Positions 10,128-19,824 of a stretch of DNA of 64,000 nt are shown here, piece by piece. The notes beneath the pieces were generated by a model, which did not search any database, had not been told where the DNA came from, and saw only the letters and a list, made by a program, of their open reading frames with translations. The DNA comes from Clostridiales bacterium (GTDB taxonomy: Bacteria > Bacillota > Clostridia > Christensenellales > UBA1242). A program made the position numbers and the translations under genes. Each line of letters opens with the position of its first letter. Position 1 is the first letter of the stretch. The stretch covers positions 160,785 through 224,784 of the forward strand of contig DOEE01000003.1 in assembly GCA_003524095.1 (NCBI GenBank), in the 5' to 3' direction.

Positions 10128-10976
10128 TTAATCCTTATTTTCAATTAGTTTTGTCCAAGAAGGCTCAATTTCAAAGTGTAATTTATTTAGATAACTAAGA
10201 CTTCCAGTTATATCAAAATCCAATTTTGTCGATGTTAAAAAGTAACCGGGGTATTTGAGTTCTGAAGATTTCTTTCCATACTTTGAATCGTTAACTATTG
10301 GAAACTTGAGATAACTTAAGTGTGCTCTGATTTGATGTGTTTTTCCAGTGTGAAGTTTGATTTCAAGCAATGTATATTTTGGATACATTTGAATGACTTT
10401 GAATTCGGTTATAATTTTCTTAAATCCTTCATTTGGGGTGGCGGAAATTTCAACTTTGGATTTTTTAGCGTCTTTTTTTAAATACGCAGTTTTGATTCCC
10501 GCATTATCAAAAGTCCCTTCCACCAAAGCCATATAAGTTTTGTGAATTTCACCATTTTCCAAGGCTTTTTCGAGTAGTTTGGTTGTGTCTAAATTTTTTG
10601 AAAGTACCAAAAGCCCTTCGGTTAGTCTATCTAGTCTATGAACGACTTTGGCATTTTTGCTTGCAAATATTTCTTCGAGTGAATAAGTATTGTTTGAACT
10701 TTTGTCTCTAGTAGCACATTCAAGACCGCAAGGCTTGTTTACAATTAATATATTTTCGTCTTCATAGATAATTTGAACATTTGGCATTGATGTATTTTTG
10801 ACAAAAACATCTATTTCGTCACCAGGATACACGTCTATATTTTGTTTTGTGCGCTTTCCATTTACTTTGACATCGCCATTCCGCATGCTTTTTTGTGCAG
10901 AGCCAAAACTTAGTCCTTGAACATTGTGTATCAAAAACTTGATTAGTTTTTCACGTGTTTTGCAAGTAAGTTTCAT
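10128..10976 (-). CDS. RluA-family 23S rRNA/tRNA pseudouridine synthase with N-terminal S4-like domain
   Basis: Catalytic motif HRLDRLTEGLLVL and HQIRAHL. AAGGA RBS before the ATG at 10976. Confidence 0.8.
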   Translation of the reverse strand: MKLTCKTREKLIKFLIHNVQGLSFGSAQKSMRNGDVKVNGKRTKQNIDVYPGDEIDVFVKNTSMPNVQIIYEDENILIVNKPCGLECATRDKSSNNTYSLEEIFASKNAKVVHRLDRLTEGLLVLSKNLDTTKLLEKALENGEIHKTYMALVEGTFDNAGIKTAYLKKDAKKSKVEISATPNEGFKKIITEFKVIQMYPKYTLLEIKLHTGKTHQIRAHLSYLKFPIVNDSKYGKKSSELKYPGYFLTSTKLDFDITGSLSYLNKLHFEIEPSWTKLIENKD

Positions 10977-11118
10977 AAAGTTATCCTTCAAATACATTAA
11001 TTTACTTGTATTTTAGCACAAGTTTAATATTTTTCAAATTATCTTTTTGTAAATTTGCTAGTATTTTGGTATAAAATAATGTATAATTTACTTATGAAAA
11101 GTTTACTTAGGAGTAAAA

Positions 11119-11847
11119 ATGTTAAAATTAGATAATGTATGTTATGCTGTCGAAGAAGACGGAAAACAAAAGTTCATACTCAAAAATATAAATTTTGAAA
11201 TTGGAGACAACGAAACAATAGTCATAACTGGGCATAATGGGAGTGGCAAAAGTACTCTTATGAAAATCATTATGGGAATTGTTCCAGTGACATCGGGGAA
11301 AATTTATTTTAATGGCGTTAATATTACTGACATGACGATAACTGATAGGGCAAAACTTGGAATTGCTTATTCGTTTCAAACACCAGTTAGGTTCAAAGGT
11401 CTTAAAGTTAAGGATTTGTTGATAACTGCTCAAAAAACGAATACAAAACTAATGGAAGTTTGCAATTATTTGAGTCGTGTCGGATTGTGTGCGAGAAACT
11501 ATATAGATAGACCGCTTGATGATAGTTTGTCTGGCGGAGAACTCAAAAGAATAGAGATTGCAACAACTCTTGCAAGGGGCGCTAGACTTAATATGTTTGA
11601 TGAACCCGAAGCGGGAATAGATTTGTGGAGTTTTGACGGATTAATTTCGGCTTTTAACGAAAACAAAGCAAAGAATAATTGTTCAAATATAATTATATCG
11701 CATCAAGAAAAAATCTTGGGGATTGCGGATAGAATTATTGTAATGGATAGTTCAAAAATAACTATGATGGGCAAAAGAGATGAAATAATGCCAAGCATCA
11801 AGTCAAGCAAAGTTTGTAGTAGATTGCAGGGAGAAGATTATGAATAA
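11119..11847 (+). CDS. sufC: SufC-like Fe-S cluster assembly ATPase
   Basis: Walker A GHNGSGKST, signature LSGGELKR, Walker B FDEPEAGID. Directly followed by a SufB/D-family gene. Confidence 0.75.
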   Translation: MLKLDNVCYAVEEDGKQKFILKNINFEIGDNETIVITGHNGSGKSTLMKIIMGIVPVTSGKIYFNGVNITDMTITDRAKLGIAYSFQTPVRFKGLKVKDLLITAQKTNTKLMEVCNYLSRVGLCARNYIDRPLDDSLSGGELKRIEIATTLARGARLNMFDEPEAGIDLWSFDGLISAFNENKAKNNCSNIIISHQEKILGIADRIIVMDSSKITMMGKRDEIMPSIKSSKVCSRLQGEDYE

Positions 11848-12754
11848 GATAGAAAAAGATTTACTTTTGGCTGTTGCTGACTTGCATCAAATCCCAAGCG
11901 GAGCATACAACTTAAGAGAAAACGGAAAGCCGGTAGATAGACATAGTTCTTCCAACATTGATATCGTTCCAAAGAAAGACAAAAGCGGAATAGATATAAT
12001 CATTAAGCCAAATACAATTAACGAGTCGGTGCATATCCCAGTTATAATTACTGAGAGTGGAATCAAAGATTTGGTTTATAATGATTTTTATGTTGGAGAA
12101 AATTCGGACGTATTGATTGTTGCTGGATGTGGGATACATAATCCAGACACAAAAACTAGCGAACATAACGGAATACATACCTTTCATCTTTCCAAAAATT
12201 CCAAAGTTAGATATGTCGAAAAACATTTGGGTGTTGGTCAAAAAGGTGACAAAATACTCAATCCAGTAACCGAAGTTTTTATGGATGAGAATTCGTATAT
12301 GCTTATGGAAACAACTCAACTTGGCGGGGTTTCGAGTTCTATTAGAACTACTAGTGGCGTTTTGAAAGATAATGCCAAACTTGTAATCAAGGAAAAAATC
12401 TTAACTAACGAAAAACAAGTTGCCAAGACCAATTTTGATGTCAAACTTGAAGGCAAAAACAGTTCGTGTGAAGTCATTTCAAGAAGTGTAACAAGAGATG
12501 AGAGTTTTCAAGAATTTAAGAGTAAACTTGTAGGTCTAAATGAGTGTTTTGGACATGTTGAGTGTGACGGAATTTTGCTTGATAAATCTAGGATTATATC
12601 AACTCCCGAAATTGTAGCCGAATGTGTTGATGCAACACTTGTGCATGAAGCGGCAATTGGCAAAATTGCTGGCGACCAAGTTGTCAAACTTATGACATTG
12701 GGTCTTACTGAAAAAGAAGCGGAAGACTTAATTATTCAAGGATTTTTGTCCTAA
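11840..12754 (+). CDS. SufB/SufD family Fe-S assembly protein
   Basis: 8-nt overlap with sufC. C-terminal SufBD signature (HEAAIGKI...LMTLGLTEKEAEDLII). Confidence 0.7.
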   Translation: MNKIEKDLLLAVADLHQIPSGAYNLRENGKPVDRHSSSNIDIVPKKDKSGIDIIIKPNTINESVHIPVIITESGIKDLVYNDFYVGENSDVLIVAGCGIHNPDTKTSEHNGIHTFHLSKNSKVRYVEKHLGVGQKGDKILNPVTEVFMDENSYMLMETTQLGGVSSSIRTTSGVLKDNAKLVIKEKILTNEKQVAKTNFDVKLEGKNSSCEVISRSVTRDESFQEFKSKLVGLNECFGHVECDGILLDKSRIISTPEIVAECVDATLVHEAAIGKIAGDQVVKLMTLGLTEKEAEDLIIQGFLS

Positions 12755-12823
12755 AATATCTCTATTGACAAAAAAACTAATTTTTGTTAAAATATAGTAT
12801 AATCAAATTATGGGGAGAAATTT

Positions 12824-13426
12824 ATGGAACAATTATTTAATGTAGAAAATCTAAATTCTTTTTTGAGTAGTGCTGGATATACTTGGAGTGGAAATGCTGT
12901 ATTAACTCCAGTTAGAACAAGTCATTTGGCTGACCCTAGAGTAGTTAATTCTGATGAATATTTAAGCGAAAAAGATATTGATACAATTAATTCAAATATG
13001 CAAAATGATATTGAAACTACAATTTATCTAAGCCTAAAGAAAAATGGCGAGAAAAAAGTTTTGAGTGATGCTTGTGTTATGTTTGATAGTTACAACTTTA
13101 AACTTTTGACAAGTGCTCAAGCAGTTTTGATTGACGAAATGGTCAGAAAGAATAAGTCAAATAGTGTACTTAATTTGAGTTCTAAATGGAAAAAATTCAA
13201 TACTAGACATCAAGAAGGCGAATACTATTCTCAAAAACTAGCAGAACGTGAAGTAGCAAAATTGTATGCTGAAAAAGATAGAATTTCATCTGACATTGAA
13301 AAATCTCTAGGAGAGTTGACAAAAGCTAAAAATAAATGTAAAATGCTTGAATCAAAATATAGAGATGTGTGTGGAAAAATTGAAGAGTTGACTGGAGACC
13401 CTAATAACAACGACTTTGAAAGATAA
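12824..13426 (+). CDS. hypothetical protein with C-terminal coiled coil
   Basis: 200-aa ORF with GGGGAGA RBS and a strong terminator immediately downstream. Confidence 0.55.
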   Translation: MEQLFNVENLNSFLSSAGYTWSGNAVLTPVRTSHLADPRVVNSDEYLSEKDIDTINSNMQNDIETTIYLSLKKNGEKKVLSDACVMFDSYNFKLLTSAQAVLIDEMVRKNKSNSVLNLSSKWKKFNTRHQEGEYYSQKLAEREVAKLYAEKDRISSDIEKSLGELTKAKNKCKMLESKYRDVCGKIEELTGDPNNNDFER

Positions 13427-13435
13427 GTATAAGAA

Positions 13436-13470
13436 AAAAGTAATTGAAATTAATTCAATTACTTTTTTTT
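13436..13470 (+). terminator. Rho-independent terminator
   Basis: 9-bp stem gtaattgaa/ttcaattac followed by T8. Confidence 0.75.
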
Positions 13471-13631
13471 GTGCCTATATTAATTTAAGTTCCAAAATTA
13501 TAGATAATCTTTCAAATAATTATCTGTTTTTAATTTGTCTAACCGGTTTTTAAGTCAAAAACGTTTAATTATGTAATCATATCATCATCATAACTTTTCA
13601 AATAAAAAATTTCAAAAATAAACTCAAAATC

Positions 13632-13760
13632 TATTTGGTGGTTTGCGGGGAAGACGCAGGGGAAAATTTGAGAACTCTGCGTTAAGCACAGTGGGGCAAA
13701 TTTTTCACGAATACTCACACCGCAGACATAAGCCAATTAGTATAATAATATTGGTTTTAT
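13632..13760 (+). ncRNA. candidate structured RNA element in a convergent intergenic region (strand uncertain)
   Basis: Locally GC-rich. Nested helices 13641-13648/13720-13727 (8 bp) and 13652-13660/13675-13683 (9 bp incl. GU). Weak hairpin plus T-run at 13733-13757. Confidence 0.25.
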
Positions 13761-13818
13761 GCTGATAATTAATAAATTAAACACATTAATATAATGATAC
13801 TTAATTGCTACTATATAA

Positions 13819-14850
13819 TTAATTAACCATTACATTTTCGCCAGTATCTGCATCTTGATACATCACCCAATAACCATTTTCATAAGGATTGGTTGCATCG
13901 CTTGGAAGCCATTGGCTATAATTTTTGAGTTCTCTTGGTGGTTCGCTATAATATGAACCGGGAACACCATAACATATGTATTTAATGTCGTTGTCTAAGT
14001 ATATAATTCCAACTACATAGTTTCTATCATTATCTTCGTCTGTAATTTTGACCCAACGACTATTTTCAACCAGATTTTGAAGTCCTATTTCTCTAGGATA
14101 TTTATCAAAGAGTTCTTCGAGTTGGTCGGCAATCATGCTATAGAACTTGTGTTCTTTGGAGTTTTCATTTGGAATTTTGTTTAGTTCGCTGTCTATTTGT
14201 CTATTTATCTCGTCGTCCGAGTTTTCAAATAAGTCTGCCATGCTGGCAGTTTGGGCTACTTCGTGTGAGTCTTTTGGTATTTTTGACATAATCTCAGTAT
14301 CCATGGAAAGTTGCTCAGTATAATCCGTCGTTTTTCCCATAATTTTTGAAAATGCTTGTTCGTTTAAATTTTGTTGTGAACTGTTTTCCAAATTGGTTTT
14401 TTGAATATTTGGAATTATTTCTTGATTATCTAATTGTGCAGTACTTGGTTTTTTTGACGAACAATTTGACGGAAAACTCAAGTTTTCAATACTTGCTTTC
14501 ATTTTACTTACAATTTGAGTTTTGTAATTTTCACTTTTTTCGCTTCCCCAAATAATTGGGCTAATACTTGTGTCTGTAACATTCATAAGTACGCACCCAA
14601 CACTCTTTTCCAAATCCAAGTTTTGGTTTAAAATAAAATTATATACATTGTCGTTAAACTTGATGTTTTGTTTGATAATTTTGTCGCCTGATTTTAGTCC
14701 TAATACAAGGTTTTGTAATTTGTCATCAAAATTAAACGACTTGAGTGTACAAAATATCCCGCTCCCTTTTTTTTCGAGAGTTAGAGTAGCCATTCCTTTG
14801 ACTTTGTTTTCTTTGTTAGAAAGAAATACAGTTTTTTTGAAAGTACTCAT
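13819..14850 (-). CDS. hypothetical protein (conserved-looking aromatic-rich C-terminal domain)
   Basis: 343-aa ORF with AAAGGTGG RBS. C-terminal YVVGIIYLDNDIKYICYGVPGSYYSEPPREL...GYWVMYQDADTGE. I cannot name a family. Confidence 0.55.
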   Translation of the reverse strand: MSTFKKTVFLSNKENKVKGMATLTLEKKGSGIFCTLKSFNFDDKLQNLVLGLKSGDKIIKQNIKFNDNVYNFILNQNLDLEKSVGCVLMNVTDTSISPIIWGSEKSENYKTQIVSKMKASIENLSFPSNCSSKKPSTAQLDNQEIIPNIQKTNLENSSQQNLNEQAFSKIMGKTTDYTEQLSMDTEIMSKIPKDSHEVAQTASMADLFENSDDEINRQIDSELNKIPNENSKEHKFYSMIADQLEELFDKYPREIGLQNLVENSRWVKITDEDNDRNYVVGIIYLDNDIKYICYGVPGSYYSEPPRELKNYSQWLPSDATNPYENGYWVMYQDADTGENVMVN

Positions 14851-15138
14851 AATATACCACCTTTATTTTACTAATTAGTATATATGAATTTGACTTCTTT
14901 TTTTGTTAAAACTCCCCATGAATTCTGTAGTGTTTGTTACATTTTTGTTGAATTTTGGCATATCTCAAATTTATTGGTACAAAAATAAATAAATTAAGGC
15001 GTTAGAGAATTTAAACTAAGACTCATAAAATTAACTATTAAGTTCATTTGAGTACTTTGGCAATATGGTAGTTGAAGTTTATTAAATAAGTTTCAAAATA
15101 TAATATCCAAAAAATATTAAAACTTATTCAAAATTTGA

Positions 15139-15167
15139 TTGACCAATCAAGTTTCATTTGATATACT
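15139..15167 (+). promoter_or_regulatory. near-consensus sigma-A-type promoter TTGACC-17-TATACT
   Basis: -35 at 15139-15144 and -10 at 15162-15167, exactly 17 nt apart. Points away from both flanking minus-strand genes. Confidence 0.5.
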
Positions 15168-15173
15168 TATTAT

Positions 15174-15262
15174 GCTAGTACGAAAGTATTAGTTTATTTT
15201 TTATAAATAACTCCTTTTTATTGCTACTATGGGGACTAACTCACCCCTAGTAGCGCTTTTTT
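15174..15262 (+). ncRNA. candidate ~90-nt sRNA: GAAA-tetraloop hairpin, U/A-rich linker with ACUCCUUUUU (anti-SD-like), intrinsic terminator
   Basis: Hairpin 15174-15193 (gctagtac-GAAA-gtattagt). Terminator stem 15223-15234/15244-15254 (11 bp, one bulge) plus T6 at 15257-15262. Promoter at 15139-15167. Confidence 0.35.
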
Positions 15263-15399
15263 GTATAAAGACTTTCAAATGTTTAATTTAATACTCAAAA
15301 AGAAGGTTGTCCACAAGTAACCTGTGTAGACATGGTCAATGTATTTGAAGAATTAGAAAAACAAGCACAAAATCGTCAAAATGATATAAGTCAGGGGAT

Positions 15400-15444
15400 G
15401 TAAGACAAAAAGTCGCAGTGTAATACTGCGACTTTTTGTCTTAC
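15400..15444. terminator. bidirectional terminator, 19-bp perfect stem overlapping the rsmA stop
   Basis: gtaagacaaaaagtcgcag-tgtaata-ctgcgactttttgtcttac. Confidence 0.75.
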
Positions 15445-16271
15445 ATATTTTTTATTTTGAAAATTTCATTACTTAAATTAACAATTGTTTGAGTGTCTAA
15501 GGTTTCACCACGAGTAGTCGGTAAAATATTTGTGTTATTACAAATAGTTTGGATACTTTCTTGAGACAAGCCAAAGTGACTTTTTAGATTGTTTGAGATT
15601 GTCTTTCGACGCATTGCAAACAAAGCCTTGATAGTCTCGTCCATTGTATGAGTATCTAAAATATCAAATTTGTTTGGAACAAAATCAATTTTGACAATAG
15701 CACTATCCACATTAGGTGCGGGAGTAAACATGTGTCTTCCGACACGTTTGATTATTTTTGCATTGGCTCTATAGTCAATTGCAGGAGTTATTGCTCCATA
15801 ATCTTTGGTATTTGGTTTGGCTGTAAGTCGCTCGGCAACTTCGAGTTGAACCATTATAGACATAGATTTGAGATGTTTGGCATTTTCCAAAAACTTGAAT
15901 ATTATTGGGGTGGTTATATAGTAAGGTAGATTTGCAACCATTATATAGTCGCCTTGAAAATTGCCTTCTATCTCACTCATTTGGACTTTCATTATATCTT
16001 TGAATATAACTTGTGCATTAGGGTAATCTTTGAGTGCTTCATTGAGAATGGGTTGTAAGTTGTTGTCAATCTCATAACTTACAACTTTTTTTGTTGAACC
16101 TGCTAGCATTGATGTAAGTGTTCCAGCACCAGCACCAATTTCCAAAACTTCATCGTCTTTGGTTGCCACCATATCTACAATTGATTTCAAAAAGTTTTTG
16201 TCAAAGATAAAATTTTGACCATATGCCTTGTTAAATTTGAAATTGTTGTCTTTCAAAATTTGATTTATCAT
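15441..16271 (-). CDS. rsmA: 16S rRNA (adenine1518/1519-N6)-dimethyltransferase
   Basis: KsgA motifs GQNFI, EIGAGAGTLT, NLPYYITTPI. metG-tatD-ksgA synteny. Confidence 0.9.
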   Translation of the reverse strand: MINQILKDNNFKFNKAYGQNFIFDKNFLKSIVDMVATKDDEVLEIGAGAGTLTSMLAGSTKKVVSYEIDNNLQPILNEALKDYPNAQVIFKDIMKVQMSEIEGNFQGDYIMVANLPYYITTPIIFKFLENAKHLKSMSIMVQLEVAERLTAKPNTKDYGAITPAIDYRANAKIIKRVGRHMFTPAPNVDSAIVKIDFVPNKFDILDTHTMDETIKALFAMRRKTISNNLKSHFGLSQESIQTICNNTNILPTTRGETLDTQTIVNLSNEIFKIKNM

Positions 16272-17044
16272 AAATTCACCTTTTTGAATAGTTCAAGTGC
16301 ATTCTTTTTGGCTTGGTCAACTACGGTGTCGTAGGAAACTCCCTTAATAAGTCCGATTTTTTGTGCGATATAAGTAGTGTATTTAGGCTCGTTTAACTTT
16401 CCCCTAAAAGGTTCGGGTGCTAGATATGGACAATCGGTTTCAATAAGGAAATCTGTCATGTCACATTCTTTGCAAACAAGTGGGGCAGTCACACTATTTT
16501 TGAAAGTTAATGTCCCGCCAAAGCCTATTTTGAGTCCTAGTTTTTTGATTTCTCTAAATATTTCTGGGCTTTCGCTAAAACAATGTATAACTCCACCAAA
16601 TTCAAGCAAGTGTTTGTTTGCTTTCAAGATTTCAAGCAAATCTCCAATGCTATCTCTATTGTGAATGCTTACGGGAAGTTTAAGCATGTGTGCTAGTTTT
16701 AGTTGTTCGACAAAAACATGTTTTTGTTTTTCTTTGTTATCATTTCGATAGTGATAATCTAGTCCAATTTCGCCAATCCCGATAACTTTTGGGTTTTGAG
16801 AAAGTTCTATAATTCTATTTTTTGTTTTGTCGTCCCAGTCATCAAGGTCTTCGGGATGAATTCCAAGCATGGCATAAATGTTTGGATACTTTTGGGACAA
16901 ATCAAAAACATCTTCAATACTTTTTTTGTCTGTCGCCATACAAAAGACTTTTTCGACTTTTTGATTTTCTAAATCCTTAATTATGTCGTCTGTAAGACCT
17001 AAGAATTTTTCGTCGGTTAAGTGTGCGTGCGTATCAATAAGCAT
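16268..17044 (-). CDS. TatD family metal-dependent hydrolase/DNase
   Basis: MLIDTHAHL start one nt after the metG stop. GEIGLDY, HNRDS, ETDCPYL motifs. Confidence 0.85.
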   Translation of the reverse strand: MLIDTHAHLTDEKFLGLTDDIIKDLENQKVEKVFCMATDKKSIEDVFDLSQKYPNIYAMLGIHPEDLDDWDDKTKNRIIELSQNPKVIGIGEIGLDYHYRNDNKEKQKHVFVEQLKLAHMLKLPVSIHNRDSIGDLLEILKANKHLLEFGGVIHCFSESPEIFREIKKLGLKIGFGGTLTFKNSVTAPLVCKECDMTDFLIETDCPYLAPEPFRGKLNEPKYTTYIAQKIGLIKGVSYDTVVDQAKKNALELFKKVNL

Positions 17045-17045
17045 T

Positions 17046-19013
17046 TTAGCACACCTCAAGACCGTCACCCAAATCTCTATCTAGGGTTACAAGGGATAGT
17101 TTGTCATTTTTGTCATCAACAGCACAAAGCAACATTCCAAAACTTTCAACTCCACGAAGTTTTCTTGGTGGCAAGTTGCTAACAACAACTACAGTTTTTC
17201 CAATAATATCTTTTGGCTCGTAGTATTTTCTAATTCCGCTACAAATAGTTCTAATCTCGTCACCAATCTTAACGGTGTTTTTGAGAAGCTTGTCAGCACC
17301 TTCGATGTATTCACTATTCAAAATTTTTCCGGTTACTAGTTTGATTTTGTCAAAGTCGTCAATGGTTACAAAATTAACAGTGTTTGCTTTGTCTTCACTT
17401 GTCTTTGGTTCTTTGGTCTCAGTATTATTTCGAGTACTAGGAGTGTTAGGGGTATCTAGGAAAGCGATTTCTTTTTCGACATCTAATCTTGGGAACAAGT
17501 TGTCGCCTTTGTTAACTTTGAAGCCAAAGTTGTTTTTTGAGAAATTTTGAATACTATCAAAAGTTTGAAGATTTGGAGAATAGCCAAATTTTTCAAAAAT
17601 TTTGGCAGGAATTTCAAACATAACTGCTTGCAAAAGTACAGTCACAATTCTAATTGTTTCGGAAAGCGAATACAAAACTGTATTTAGTTTGTCTTTTTTA
17701 TTTGGGTCTTTTGCTAGTTTCCAAGGCTCAGTCACATCAATATATTTGTTTGCTTGTCTAATAACTGCAAAAATTTCGTTTACGTACAAATCGACTCTTT
17801 GGTCTTTCATGTAATCGCAACATTTGTTGAATAATTCGTTGCAGGTATTTATTAATTCTTTTTCTTCCGCATCTTCAACCTTTGATTCTGGAATAATTTG
17901 AGAATTGTATTGAGTTATCATTGCCAAAGTTCTGCTTACTAAGTTTCCCAAGTCGTTGCATAAGTCGGAGTTGACTGTATTTACAAATTGTTCGGCAGTG
18001 TATGGACTATCACTAAAAATAGGTCCTAACTTGCATAGATAATATCTAAGGGCGTCTGCGCCATATTTGTCAACTAGGCTAAGTGGGTTAAATCCGTTGC
18101 TCTTAGACTTGCTAATCTTGTCGCCTTTGAGAGTTATAAAACCTGTTGAGTGAATTTGTTTTGGAAGTGGAAGCCCCATCATTTTGAGAAGTATAGGCCA
18201 AATAATGGCATGGAATCTTGTAATATCTCTTCCCACAATATGAACATCGCATGGCCAAAAATCCTGGTAGTCTTTGTCATGGTCGGTGTCGTATCCAAGT
18301 ATAGATAGGTAGTTAAGAAGGGCGTCAATCCAAACATACGCAACGTGTTTTTTGTTAAAAGGTAGTTTAATACCCCAGTCAAAAGTTGTTCTAGATACAC
18401 ACAAATCCGAAACGCCGGGTCTTATAAAGTTATTAAATATTTCGTTTTTTCTGCTTTCGGGAACAAGAAAGTTTGGATTTTCTTTGAATAAGTTTTCCAA
18501 AAAGTCTTGGTACTTGCTAAGTCTTAGGAAATAACATTCTTCTTCGGTCATTTCAACTGGTCTGCCACAGTCTGGACAATTTCCGTCGACTAATTGGCTT
18601 TCGGTAAAGAAGGTCTCACAAGGAACACAATATAGTCCCTTGTATTTTCCAAGATAAATGTCCCCCGATGCATAAAGTTTGTCATAAACCTTTTCGACAA
18701 GTTTAACATGTTCTTCGTCGGTTGTTCTTATAAACTTGTCATAAGTTATTCCTAATTTTTTCCAGATATCTTTGAATTCATCAACTGTTTTGTCAACAAA
18801 TGCTTTTGGGGTCATGTTGTTTTGTTCGGCTACTCTAGCAATCTTTAATCCATGCTCGTCACTACCTGTTGCAAAAAAAACTTTGTCGCCGTTTAGTCTA
18901 TGAAATCTCGCATTAATATCTGCAAGTACGGTGCTGTAGCAATGACCGACAGTGAGTCTTCCGCTAGCATAATAGATCGGGGTGGTGATGTAATAATGTT
19001 TGTTATCTTTCAT
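17046..19013 (-). CDS. metG: methionine--tRNA ligase with C-terminal tRNA-binding (Trbp111/EMAP-like) domain
   Basis: HIGH-type PIYYASGRLTVGHCYS, KISKS (KMSKS-type), Zn knuckle CPDCG. 655 aa. Confidence 0.92.
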   Translation of the reverse strand: MKDNKHYYITTPIYYASGRLTVGHCYSTVLADINARFHRLNGDKVFFATGSDEHGLKIARVAEQNNMTPKAFVDKTVDEFKDIWKKLGITYDKFIRTTDEEHVKLVEKVYDKLYASGDIYLGKYKGLYCVPCETFFTESQLVDGNCPDCGRPVEMTEEECYFLRLSKYQDFLENLFKENPNFLVPESRKNEIFNNFIRPGVSDLCVSRTTFDWGIKLPFNKKHVAYVWIDALLNYLSILGYDTDHDKDYQDFWPCDVHIVGRDITRFHAIIWPILLKMMGLPLPKQIHSTGFITLKGDKISKSKSNGFNPLSLVDKYGADALRYYLCKLGPIFSDSPYTAEQFVNTVNSDLCNDLGNLVSRTLAMITQYNSQIIPESKVEDAEEKELINTCNELFNKCCDYMKDQRVDLYVNEIFAVIRQANKYIDVTEPWKLAKDPNKKDKLNTVLYSLSETIRIVTVLLQAVMFEIPAKIFEKFGYSPNLQTFDSIQNFSKNNFGFKVNKGDNLFPRLDVEKEIAFLDTPNTPSTRNNTETKEPKTSEDKANTVNFVTIDDFDKIKLVTGKILNSEYIEGADKLLKNTVKIGDEIRTICSGIRKYYEPKDIIGKTVVVVSNLPPRKLRGVESFGMLLCAVDDKNDKLSLVTLDRDLGDGLEVC

Positions 19014-19251
19014 TTTGTCTCCTTATACTTTCAAAAAATCAAAAAAGTATTTCTATTTTAAAAAGTGTTTTCATAAATATTTTTAAAAGATATTTTAGTT
19101 TTGCTAAATTGAAACCTTGAATACTAACTACTTAATTTTGGTGCAATGCAATACTTTATCTAAATAATATTTATTAATACTAATACATACAAAAGTATAC
19201 AATGATAAATTTGTTTTGTAAAGAGTTTAATTTGAAAAAAGGATATTTTTT

Positions 19252-19824
19252 ATGAATTTTGTTTGGACAAGCGTGATACTTGTTGGCATGGGGTTGTTGC
19301 TTTTTAATAACGTAGAACTTGCTATGAATGCACTTCTAACCGGTGGAAGCCGGGCGGTTGCACTCACTCTCAAACTTTGGGGAATTTATACAATATGGTT
19401 AGGGGTTCTCAAAATTGTTGAAGAAACGGGGTTAGACAAGAAACTTGCAAAACTGCTAAGACCAGTTATAAAATTGTTGTTTGGAAAAACTGACGAGTAC
19501 ACCGAAAACCAAATTGCGATTAATATCACAAGCAATCTATTTGGAATGGGCAATGCTTGTACTCCAAGCGGAATGAATGCTATCAAAGGTCTTGACAAAA
19601 ACTGCGGGAAATATGCAACGTCGGCAATGATTATGGTGATAATTCTAAACTCAACTAGTTTGCAATTAATCCCGACCACAATAATAGGTCTAAGGATTAC
19701 AGCGGGAAGTGTGACACCAACCGACATAATTATTCCTACACTTATAGCCACACTCGTTAGTACTCTATCTGGAATACTTTTGGTTAAGATTTTTTCAAAA
19801 ATATTTAAGGACAAACATGAGTAA
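19252..19824 (+). CDS. spmA: spore maturation protein A (nucleoside-recognition-domain membrane protein)
   Basis: 190-aa polytopic membrane protein with AAGGA RBS, paired with spmB. Confidence 0.75.
   Translation: MNFVWTSVILVGMGLLLFNNVELAMNALLTGGSRAVALTLKLWGIYTIWLGVLKIVEETGLDKKLAKLLRPVIKLLFGKTDEYTENQIAINITSNLFGMGNACTPSGMNAIKGLDKNCGKYATSAMIMVIILNSTSLQLIPTTIIGLRITAGSVTPTDIIIPTLIATLVSTLSGILLVKIFSKIFKDKHE

Noticed and set aside
13640-13727. c-di-GMP-I (GEMM) riboswitch
   Set aside because: Only the fragment cacagtggggcaaa resembles the consensus. The second tetraloop-receptor half (GGGACGCAAAGCC-like) is absent, and there is no downstream gene on either strand for it to regulate.
15332-15403. 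23-codon ORF (MVNVFEELEKQAQNRQNDISQGM) ending in the rsmA terminator
   Set aside because: No SD lies at proper spacing (GAAGG is about 25 nt upstream), the ORF is very short, and there is no recognisable family. Kept only as a remote possibility.
17046-19250. T-box leaders or riboswitches upstream of metG (19014-19251), valS (47505-47997), cysS, and a THI-box upstream of the NMT1-like ABC operon (47505-47735)
   Set aside because: These spacers are uniformly AT-rich. They have no conserved T-box sequence, no terminator/antiterminator pair, and no CTGAGA/ACCCTT-type TPP core on the relevant strand.
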